A program made the position numbers and the translations under genes. From Eledone cirrhosa (Eukaryota), in NCBI GenBank assembly GCA_964016885.1, contig OZ024744.1:102858001-102922000 (forward strand): DNA of 64,000 nucleotides, read 5' to 3'. This document shows positions 1-11,130 of this stretch, in pieces; position 1 is the first letter of the stretch, and each line of letters starts with the position of its first letter. Below the pieces are notes generated by a model. It saw only the letters and a list, made by a program, of their open reading frames with translations, searched no databases and had not been told where the DNA came from.

Positions 1-276
1 GGTCCTGTTGCCGTGAAACTAAAAAGTAACCATTCCACTGTTTAAAGTGGTCCTGCCGCCATGAAACTAAAAAGTAACCAGTCCACTGTTTAAAGTGGTC
101 CTGCTGCCATGAAACTAAAAAGTAACCAGTCCACTATTTAAAGTGGTCCTGTTGCCATGAAACTAAAAAGTAGTCAGTCCACTGTTTAAAGTGGTCCTGC
201 TGCCATGAAACTAAAAAGTAGTCAGTCTACTGTTTAAAGTGGTCCTGTTGCCATGAAACTAAAAAATAGTCAGTCT

Positions 277-3200
277 ACTGTTTAAAGTGGTCCTGCTGCC
301 ATGAAACTAAAAAGTAGTCATTCTACTGGTTAAAGTGCTTATGCTGCCATGAAACTAAAAAGTAGTCAGTCTACTGGTTAAAGTGGTTATACTGCCATGA
401 AACTAAAAAGTAGTCAGTCTACTGGTTAAAGTGATCCTGTTGCCATGAAACTAAAAAGTAGTCAGTCCACTTTTTAAACTGGTCCTGCTGCCATGAAACT
501 AAAAAGTAACCAGTTCCACTGTTTAAAGTGGTACTGTTGCCATGAAACTAAAAAGTAAACAGTCTACTGTTTAAAGTGGTCCTGTTGCCGTGAAACTAAA
601 AAGTAACCATTCCACTGTTTAAAGTGGTCCTGCTGCCATGAAACTAGAAAGTAACCAGCCTACTCTTTAAAGTTGTCCTGTTGCCATTAAACTAAAAAGT
701 AACCAGTCTACTGTTTAAAGTGGTCCTGCTGCCATGAAACTAAAAAGTAGTCAGTCTACTGTTTAAAGTGGTCCTGTTGCCATGAAACTAAAAAATAGTC
801 AGTCTTCTGTTTGAAGTGGTCCTGCTGCCATGAAACTAAAAAGTAGTCAGTATACTGTTTAAAGTGGTCCTGCTGCCATGAAACTAAAAAGTAACCAGTC
901 TACTGTTTAAAGTGGTCCTGCTGCCATGAAACTAAAAAGTAACCAGTCTACTGCTTAAAGTGGTTCTGTTGCCATGAAACTAAAAAGCAGTCAGTCTAAT
1001 GTTTAAAGTGGTCCTGTTGCCATGAAACTAAAAAGTAACCAGTCCACTATTTAAAATGGTCCTGTTGCCATGAAACTAAAAAGTAGCCAGTCCACTGTTT
1101 AAAGTGGTCCTGCTGCCATGAAACTAAAAAGTAACCAGTCCACTGTTTAAAGTGGTCCTGTTGCCATGAAAATAAAAAGAAGTCAGTCCACTGTTTAAAG
1201 TGGTCCTGCTGCCATGAAACTAAAAAGTAACCAGTCTACTGCTTAAAGTGGTCCTGCTGCCATGAAACTAAAAAGTAGTCAGTCTACTGTTTAACGTGGT
1301 CCTGTTGCCATGAAACTAAAAAATAGTCAGTCCATTTTTAAAGTGGTCCTGCTGCCATGAAACTAAAAAGTAGTCTGTCCACCGTTTAAAGTGGTCGTGC
1401 TGCCATGAAAATAAAAATAGTCAGTCCACTGTTTAAAGCGGTCCTGCTGCCAAGAAATTAAAAAGTAGTCAGTCTACTATTTAAAGTGGTCCTGCTGACA
1501 TGAAACTAAAAAGTAGTCAGTCCATATTTAAAGTGGTCCTGCTGCCATGAAACTAAAAAGTAGTCAGTCCACTGTTTAAAGTGGTCCTGCTGCCATGAAA
1601 CTAAAAAGTAACCAGTCCACTGTTTAAAGTGGTCCTGCTGCCATGAAAATAAAAAGTAGTCAGTCCACTGTTTAAAGTGGTCCTGCTGCCATGAAACTAA
1701 AAAGTAACCAGTCTACTGCTTAAAGTGGTCCTGTTGCCATGAAACAAAAAAGTAGTCAGTCCACTGTTTAAAGTGGTCCTGCTGCCATGAAACTAAAAAG
1801 TAGTCAGTCTACTGTTTAAAGTGGTCCTGCTGCCATGAAACTAAAAAGTAACCAGTCTACTGTTTAAAGTGGTCCTGCTGCCATGAAACTAAAAAGTAGT
1901 CAGTCCACTGTTTAAAGTGGTCCTGCTGCCATGAAACTAAAAAGTAACCAGTCCACTGTTTAAAGTGGTCCTGCTGCCATGAAACTAAAAAGTAACCAGT
2001 CCACTGTTTAAAGTGGTCCTGCTGCCATGAAACTAAAAAGTAGTCATTCTACTGGTTAAAGTGCTTATGCTGCCATGAAACTAAAAAGTAGTCAGTCTAC
2101 TGGTTAAAGTGGTTATACTGCCATGAAACTAAAAAGTAGTCAGTCTACTGGTTAAAGTGATCCTGTTGCCATGAAACTAAAAAGTAGTCAGTCCACTTTT
2201 TAAACTGGTCCTGCTGCCATGAAACTAAAAAGTAACCAGTTCCACTGTTTAAAGTGGTACTGTTGCCATGAAACTAAAAAGTAAACAGTCTACTGTTTAA
2301 AGTGGTCCTGTTGCCGTGAAACTAAAAAGTAACCATTCCACTGTTTAAAGTGGTCCTGCTGCCATGAAACTAGAAAGTAACCAGCCTACTCTTTAAAGTT
2401 GTCCTGTTGCCATTAAACTAAAAAGTAACCAGTCTACTGTTTAAAGTGGTCCTGCTGCCATGAAACTAAAAAGTAGTCAGTCTACTGTTTAAAGTGGTCC
2501 TGTTGCCATGAAACTAAAAAATAGTCAGTCTTCTGTTTGAAGTGGTCCTGCTGCCATGAAACTAAAAAGTAGTCAGTATACTGTTTAAAGTGGTCCTGCT
2601 GCCATGAAACTAAAAAGTAACCAGTCTACTGTTTAAAGTGGTCCTGCTGCCATGAAACTAAAAAGTAACCAGTCTACTGCTTAAAGTGGTTCTGTTGCCA
2701 TGAAACTAAAAAGCAGTCAGTCTAATGTTTAAAGTGGTCCTGTTGCCATGAAACTAAAAAGTAACCAGTCCACTATTTAAAATGGTCCTGTTGCCATGAA
2801 ACTAAAAAGTAGCCAGTCCACTGTTTAAAGTGGTCCTGCTGCCATGAAACTAAAAAGTAACCAGTCCACTGTTTAAAGTGGTCCTGTTGCCATGAAAATA
2901 AAAAGAAGTCAGTCCACTGTTTAAAGTGGTCCTGCTGCCATGAAACTAAAAAGTAACCAGTCTACTGCTTAAAGTGGTCCTGCTGCCATGAAACTAAAAA
3001 GTAGTCAGTCTACTGTTTAACGTGGTCCTGTTGCCATGAAACTAAAAAATAGTCAGTCCATTTTTAAAGTGGTCCTGCTGCCATGAAACTAAAAAGTAGT
3101 CTGTCCACCGTTTAAAGTGGTCGTGCTGCCATGAAAATAAAAATAGTCAGTCCACTGTTTAAAGCGGTCCTGCTGCCAAGAAATTAAAAAGTAGTCAGTC

Positions 3201-3745
3201 TACTATTTAAAGTGGTCCTGCTGACATGAAACTAAAAAGTAGTCAGTCCATATTTAAAGTGGTCCTGCTGCCATGAAACTAAAAAGTAGTCAGTCCACTG
3301 TTTAAAGTGGTCCTGCTGCCATGAAACTAAAAAGTAACCAGTCCACTGTTTAAAGTGGTCCTGCTGCCATGAAAATAAAAAGTAGTCAGTCCACTGTTTA
3401 AAGTGGTCCTGCTGCCATGAAACTAAAAAGTAACCAGTCTACTGCTTAAAGTGGTCCTGTTGCCATGAAACAAAAAAGTAGTCAGTCCACTGTTTAAAGT
3501 GGTCCTGCTGCCATGAAACTAAAAAGTAGTCAGTCTACTGTTTAAAGTGGTCCTGCTGCCATGAAACTAAAAAGTAACCAGTCTACTGTTTAAAGTGGTC
3601 CTGCTGCCATGAAACTAAAAAGTAGTCAGTCCACTGTTTAAAGTGGTCCTGCTGCCATGAAACTAAAAAGTAACCAGTCCACTGTTTAAAGTGGTCCTGC
3701 TGCCATGAAACTAAAAAGTAACCAGTCCACTGTTTAAAGTGGTCC
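277..3745. repeat. Tandem duplication / higher-order repeat, period 1726 bp (36 monomers, net -2 bp), 2 copies
   Basis: The marker TAGTCATTCTACTGGTTAAAGTGCTTATG occurs at 315 and 2041, and the intervening rare variants recur in the same order. Mismatches at 276/2002 and 2020/3746 bound the match. Confidence 0.9.
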
Positions 3746-6700
3746 CGTTGCCATGAAACTAAAAAGAAGTCAGTCCACTGTTTAAAGTGGTCCTGCTGCC
3801 ATGAAACTAAAAAGTAACCAGTCTACTGCTTAAAGTGGTCCTGTTGCCATGAAACTAAAAAGTAGTCAGTCTACTGTTTAAAGTGGTCCTGTTGCCATGA
3901 AACTAAAAAATAGTCAGTCTACTGTTTAAAGTGGTCCTGCTGCCATGAAACTAAAAAGTAGTCATTCTACTGGTTAAAGTGCTTATGCTGCCATGAAACT
4001 AAAAAGTAGTCAGTCTACTGGTTAAAGTGGTTATACTGCCATGAAACTAAAAAGTAGTCAGTCTACTGGTTAAAGTGATCCCGTTGCCATGAAACTAAAA
4101 AGTAGTCAGTCCACTGTTTAAACTGGTCCTGCTGCCATGAAACTAAAAAGTAACCAGTTCCACTGTTTAAAGTGGTACTGTTGCCATGAAACTAAAAAGT
4201 AAACAGTCTACTGTTTAAAGTGGTCCTGTTGCCGTGAAACTAAAAAGTAACCATTCCACTGTTTAAAGTGGTCCTGCCGCCATGAAACTAAAAAGTAACC
4301 AGTCCACTGTTTAAAGTGGTCCTGCTGCCATGAAACTAAAAAGTAACCAGTCCACTATTTAAAGTGGTCCTGTTGCCATGAAACTAAAAAGTAGTCAGTC
4401 CACTGTTTAAAGTGGTCCTGCTGCCATGAAACTAAAAAGTAGTCAGTCTACTGTTTAAAGTGGTCCTGTTGCCATGAAACTAAAAAATAGTCAGTCTACT
4501 GTTTAAAGTGGTCCTGCTGCCATGAAACTAAAAAGTAGTCATTCTACTGGTTAAAGTGCTTATGCTGCCATGAAACTAAAAAGTAGTCAGTCTACTGGTT
4601 AAAGTGGTTATACTGCCATGAAACTAAAAAGTAGTCAGTCTACTGGTTAAAGTGATCCTGTTGCCATGAAACTAAAAAGTAGTCAGTCCACTTTTTAAAC
4701 TGGTCCTGCTGCCATGAAACTAAAAAGTAACCAGTTCCACTGTTTAAAGTGGTACTGTTGCCATGAAACTAAAAAGTAAACAGTCTACTGTTTAAAGTGG
4801 TCCTGTTGCCGTGAAACTAAAAAGTAACCATTCCACTGTTTAAAGTGGTCCTGCTGCCATGAAACTAGAAAGTAACCAGCCTACTCTTTAAAGTTGTCCT
4901 GTTGCCATTAAACTAAAAAGTAACCAGTCTACTGTTTAAAGTGGTCCTGCTGCCATGAAACTAAAAAGTAGTCAGTCTACTGTTTAAAGTGGTCCTGTTG
5001 CCATGAAACTAAAAAATAGTCAGTCTTCTGATTGAAGTGGTCCTGCTGCCATGAAACTAAAAAGTAGTCAGTATACTGTTTAAAGTGGTCCTGCTGCTAT
5101 GAAACTAAAAAGTAACCAGTCTACTGTTTAAAGTGGTCCTGCTGCCATGAAACTAAAAAGTAACCAGTCTACTGCTTAAAGTGGTTCTGTTGCCATGAAA
5201 CTAAAAAGCAGTCAGTCTAATGTTTAAAGTGGTCCTGTTGCCATGAAACTAAAAAGTAACCAGTCCACTATTTAAAATGGTCCTGTTGCCATGAAACTAA
5301 AAAGTAGCCAGTCTACTGTTTAAACTGGTCCTGCTGCCATGAAACTAAAAAGTAACCAGTCCACTGTTTAAAGTGGTCCTGCTGCCATGAAACTAAAAAG
5401 TAACCAGTCCACTGTTTAAAGTGGTCCTGCTGCCATGAAACTAAAAAGTAACCAGTCCACTGTTTAAAGTGGTCCTGTTGCCATGAAAATAAAAAGAAGT
5501 CAGTCCACTGTTTAAAGTGGTCCTGCTGCCATGAAACTAAAAAGTAACCAGTCTACTGCTTAAAGTGGTCCTGTTGCCATGAAACTAAAAAGTAGTCAGT
5601 CTACTGTTTCAAGTGGTCCTGCTGCCATGAAACTAAAAAGTAGTCAGTCTACTGTTTAACGTGTTCCTGTTGCCATGAAACTAAAAAATAGTCAGTCCAT
5701 TTTTAAAGTGGTCCTGCTGCCATGAAACTAAAAAGTAGTCTGTCCACCGTTTAAAGTGGTCGTGCTGCCATGAAACTATAAATAGTCAGTCCACTGTTTA
5801 AAGCGGTCCTGCTGCCAAGAAATTAAAAAGTAGTCAGTCTACTATTTAAAGTGGTCCTGCTGACATGAAACTAAAAAGTAGTCAGTCCATATTTAAAGTG
5901 GTCCTGCTGCCATGAAACTAAAAAGTAGTCAGTCCACTGTTTAAAGTGGTCCTGCTGCCATGAAACTAAAAAGTAACCAGTCCACTGTTTAAAGTGGTCC
6001 TGCTGCCATGAAAATAAAAAGTAGTCAGTCCACTGTTTAAAGTGGTCCTGCTGCCATGAAACTAAAAAGTAACCAGTCTACTGCTTAAAGTGGTCCTGTT
6101 GCCATGAAACAAAAAAGTAGTCAGTCCACTGTTTAAAGTGGTCCTGCTGCCATGAAACTAAAAAGTAGTCAGTCTACTGTTTAAAGTGGTCCTGCTGCCA
6201 TGAAACTAAAAAGTAACCAGTCTACTGTTTAAAGTGGTCCTGCTGCCATGAAACTAAAAAGTAGTCAGTCTACTGTTTAAAGTGGTCCTGCTGCCATGAA
6301 ACTAAAAAGTAGTCAGTCTACTGTTTAAAGTGGTCCTGCTGCCATGAAACTAAAAAGTAACCAGTCCACTGTTTAAAGTGGTCCTGCTGCCATGAAACTA
6401 AAAAGTAACCAGTCCACTGTTTAAAGTGGTCCTGCTGCCATGAAACTAAAAAGTAACCAGTCCACTGTTTAAAGTGGTCCCGTTGCCATGAAACTAAAAA
6501 GAAGTCAGTCCACTGTTTAAAGTGGTCCTGCTGCCATGAAACTAAAAAGTAGTCATTCTACTGGTTAAAGTGCTTATGCTGCCATGAAACTAAAAAGTAG
6601 TCAGTGTACTGGTTAAAGTGGTTATACTGCCATGAAACTAAAAAGTAGTCAGTCTACTGGTTAAAGTGATCTTGTTGCCATGAAACTAAAAAGTAGTCAG

Positions 6701-9700
6701 TCCACTGTTTAAACTGGTCCTGCTGCCATGAAACTAAAAAGTAACCAGTTCCACTGTTTAAAGTGGTACTGTTGCCATGAAACTAAAAAGTAAACAGTCT
6801 ACTGTTTAAAGTGGTCCTGTTGCCGTGAAACTAAAAAGTAACCATTCCACTGTTTAAAGTGGTCCTGCTGCCATGAAACTAGAAAGTAACCAGCCTACTC
6901 TTTAAAGTTGTCCTGTTGCCATTAAACTAAAAAGTAACCAGTCTACTGTTTAAAGTGGTCCTGCTGCCATGAAACTAAAAAGTAGTCAGTCTACTGTTTA
7001 AAGTGGTCCTGTTGCCATGAAACTAAAAAATAGTCAGTCTTCTGTTTGAAGTGGTCCTGCTGCCATGAAACTAAAAAGTAGTCAGTATACTGTTTAAAGT
7101 GGTCCTGCTGCTATGAAACTAAAAAGTAACCAGTCTACTGTTTAAAGTGGTCCTGCTGCCATGAAACTAAAAAGTAACCAGTCTACTGCTTAAAGTGGTT
7201 CTGTTGCCATGAAACTAAAAAGCAGTCAGTCTAATGTTTAAAGTGGTCCTGTTGCCATGAAACTAAAAAGTAACCAGTCCACTATTTAAAATGGTCCTGT
7301 TGCCATGAAACTAAAAAGTAGCCAGTCTACTGTTTAAAGTGGGCCTGCTGCCATGAAACTAAAAAGTAACCAGTCCACTGTTTAAAGTGGTCCTGCTGCC
7401 ATGAAACTAAAAAGTAACCAGTCCACTGTTTAAAGTGGTCCTGTTGCCATGAAAATAAAAAGAAGTCAGTCCACTGTTTAAAGTGGTCCTGCTGCCATGA
7501 AACTAAAAAGTAACCAGTCCACTGCTTAAAGTGGTCCTGTTGCCATGAAACTAAAAAGTAGTCAGTCTACTGTTTCAAGTGGTCCTGCTGCCATGAAACT
7601 AAAAAGTAGTCTGTCCACCGTTTAAAGTGGTCGTGCTGCCATGAAACTATAAATAGTCAGTCCACTGTTTAAAGCGGTCCTGCTGCCAAGAAATTAAAAA
7701 GTAGTCAGTCTACTATTTAAAGTGGTCCTGCTGACATGAAACTAAAAAGTAGTCAGTCCATATTTAAAGTGGTCCTGCTGCCATGAAACTAAAAAGTAGT
7801 CAGTCCACTGTTTAAAGTGGTCCTGCTGCCATGAAACTAAAAAGTAACCATTCCACTGTTTAAAGTGGTCCTGTTGCCATGAAAATGAAAAGTAGTCAGT
7901 CCACTGTTTAAAGTGGTCCTGCTGCCATGAAACTAAAAAGTAACCATTCCACTGTTTAAAGTGGTCCTGTTGCCATGAAACTAAAAAGTAGTCAGTCCAC
8001 TGTTTAAAGTGGTCCTGCTGCCATGAAAATAAAAAGTAGTCAGTCCACTGTTTAAAGTGGTCCTGCTGCCATGAAACTAAAAAGTAACCAGTCTACTGCT
8101 TAAAGTGGTCCTGTTGCCATGAAACAAAAAAGTAGTCAGTCCACTGTTTAAAGTGGTCCTGCTGCCATGAAACTAAAAAGTAGTCAGTCTACTGTTTAAA
8201 GTGGTCCTGCTGCCATGAAACTAAAAAGTAACCAGTCTACTGTTTAAAGTGGTCCTGCTGCCATGAAACTAAAAAGTAGTCAGTCTACTGTTTAAAGTGG
8301 TCCTGCTGCCATGAAACTAAAAAGTAGTCAGTCTACTGTTTAAAGTGGTCCTGCTGCCATGAAACTAAAAAGTAACCAGTCCACTGTTTAAAGTGGTCCT
8401 GCTGCCATGAAACTAAAAAGTAACCAGTCCACTGTTTAAAGTGGTCCTGCTGCCATGAAACTAAAAAGTAACCAGTCCACTGTTTAAAGTGGTCCCGTTG
8501 CCATGAAACTAAAAAGAAGTCAGTCCACTGTTTAAAGTGGTCCTGCTGCCATGAAACTAAAAAATAACCAGTCTACTGCTTAAAGTGGTCCTGTTGCCAT
8601 GAAACTAAAAAGTAGTCAGTCTACTGTTTCAAGTGGTCCTGCTGCCATGAAACTAAAAAGTAGTCAGTCTACTGTTTAACGTTGTCCTATTGCAATGAAA
8701 CTAAAAAATAGTCAGTCCATGTTTAAAGTGGTCCTGCTGCCATGAAACTAAAAAGTAGTCTGTCCACCGTTTAAAGTGGTCGTGCTGCCATGAAACTAAA
8801 AAGTAACCAGTCCACTATTTAAAGTGGTCCTGTTGCCATGAAACTAAAAAGTAGTCAGTCCACTGTTTAAAGTGGTCCTGCTGCCATGAAACTAAAAAGT
8901 AACCAGTTCCACTGTTTAAAGTGGTACTGTTGCCATGAAACTAAAAAGTAAACAGTCTACTGTTTAAAGTGGTCCTGTTGCCGTGAAACTAAAAAGTAAC
9001 CTTTCCACTGTTTAAAGTGGTCCTGCTGCCATGAAACTAGAAAGTAACCAGCCTACTCTTTAAAGTGGTCCTGTTGCCATTAAACTAAAAAGTAACCAGT
9101 CTACTGTTTAAAGTGGTCCTGCTGCCATGAAACTATAAAGTAGTCAGTCTACTGTTTAAAGTGGTCCTGTTGCCATGAAACTAAAAAATAGTCAGTCTTC
9201 TGTTTAAAGTGGTCCTGCTGCCATGAAACTAAAAAGTAGTCAGTATACTGTTTAAAGTGGTCCTGCTGCTATGAAACTAAAAAGTAACCAGTCTACTGTT
9301 TAAAGTGGTCCTGCTGCCATGAAACTAAAAAGTAACCAGTCTACTGTTTAAATTGGTCCTGCTGCCATGGAACTAAAAAGTAATCAGTCTACTGTTTAAA
9401 GTGGGCCTGCTGCTATGAAACTAAAAAGTAGTCAGTCCACTGTTTAAAGTGGTTCTGCTGCCATGAAACTAAAAATTAACCAGTCTACTGTTTAAAGTGG
9501 TCCTGCTGCCATGAAACTAAAAAGTAACCAGTCTACTGTTTAAAGTGGTCCTGCTGCCATGGAACTAAAAAGTAACCAGTCTACTGTTTAAAGTGGGCCT
9601 GCTGCCATGAAACTAAAAAGTAATCAGTCTATTGTTTAAAGTGGGCCTGCTGCTATGAAACTAAAAAGTAGTCAGTCCACTGTTTAAAGTGGTTCTGCTG

Positions 9701-9899
9701 CCATGAAACTAAAAAGTAACCAGTCCACTGTTTAAAGTGGTACTGTTGCAATGAAACTAAAAAGTAACCAGTCCACTGTTTAAAGTGGTACTGTTGCAAT
9801 GAAACTAAAAAGTAGTCAGTCCACTGTTTAAAGTGGTCCTGCTGCCATGAAACAAAAAGTAACCAGTCTACTGCTTAAAGTGGTCCTGTTGCCATGAAA

Positions 9900-11130
9900 C
9901 TAAAAAATAGTCAGTCTACTGTTTAAAGTGGTCCTGCTGCCATGAAACTAAAAATTAGTCAGTCTACTGTTTAAAGTGGTCCTGTTGCCATGAAACTAAA
10001 AAGTGGTCAGTCTACTGTTCAAAGTGGTCCTGCTGCCTTGAAACTAAAAAGTAGTCAGTCTACTGTTTAACTGGTCTTGTTGCCATGAAACTAAAAAGTA
10101 ACCAGTCTACTGGTCAAAGTGGTCCTGCTGCCATGAAACTAAAAAGTAGTCAGTCAACTGTTTAAAGTGGTCCTGCTGCCATGAAACAAAAAGTAACCAG
10201 TCTACTGCTTAAAGTGGTCCTGTTTCCATGAAACTAAAAAGTAGTCAGTCTACTGTTTAAAGTGGTCCTGTTGCCATGAAACTAAAAAGTAGTCAGTCTA
10301 CTGTTTAAAGTGGTCCTGTTGCCATGAAACTAAAAAGTAGTCAGTCTACTGTTTAAAGTGGTCCTGCTGCCATGAAACTAAAAAGTAACCAGTCCAGTAT
10401 TTAAAGTGGTCCTGCTGCCATGAAACTAAAAATTAGTCAGTCTACTGTTTAAAGTGGTCCTGTTGCCATGAAACTAAAAAGTGGTCAGTCTACTGTTCAA
10501 AGTGGTCCTGCTGCCATGAAACTAAAAAGTAGTCAGTCTACTGTTTAACTGGTCTTGTTGCCATGAAACTAAAAAGTAACCAGTCTACTGGTCAAAGTGG
10601 TCCTGCTGCCATGAAACTAAAAAGTAGTCAGTCAACTGTTTAAAGTGGTACTGCTGCCATGAACCAAAAAGTAACCAGTCTACTGCTTAAAGTGGTCCTG
10701 TTTCCATGAAACTAAAAAGTAGTCAGTCTACTGTTTAAAGTGGTCCTGCTGCCATGAAACTAAAAAGTAGTCAGTCTACTGTTTAAAGTGGTCCTGTTGC
10801 CATGAAACTAAAAAATAGTCAGTCTACTGTTTAAAGTGGTCCTGCTGCCATGAAACTAAAAAGTAACCAGTCCAGTATTTAAAGTGGTCCTGCTGCCATG
10901 AAACTAAAAATTAGTCAGTCTACTGTTTAAAGTGGTCCTGTTGCCATGAAACTAAAAAGTGGTCAGTCTACTGTTCAAAGTGGTCCTGCTGCCATGAAAC
11001 TAAAAAGTAGTCAGTCTACTGTTTAACTGGTCTTGTTGCCATGAAACTATAAAGTAACCAGTCTACTGGTCAAAGTGGTCCTGCTGCCATGAAACTAAAA
11101 AGTAGTCAGTCAACTGTTTAAAGTGGTCCT
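9900..11130. repeat. 10-monomer higher-order repeat, period 478 bp, about 2.5 copies
   Basis: The AAAATTAGTC marker (TT at 9955, 10433, 10911) is followed each time by the GTGGTCAG..TTCAAA, TAACTGGTCTT, GGTCAAA and GTCAAC variants. Confidence 0.85.

Noticed and set aside
58-72. GCCATG Kozak-like start in each monomer
   Set aside because: It is an incidental short motif. The frame reads ATG AAA CTA AAA AGT ... TGT TTA AAG TGG TCC TGC TGC CAT only if shifted, and no plus-strand ORF long enough for the ORF track results. There is no evidence of function.
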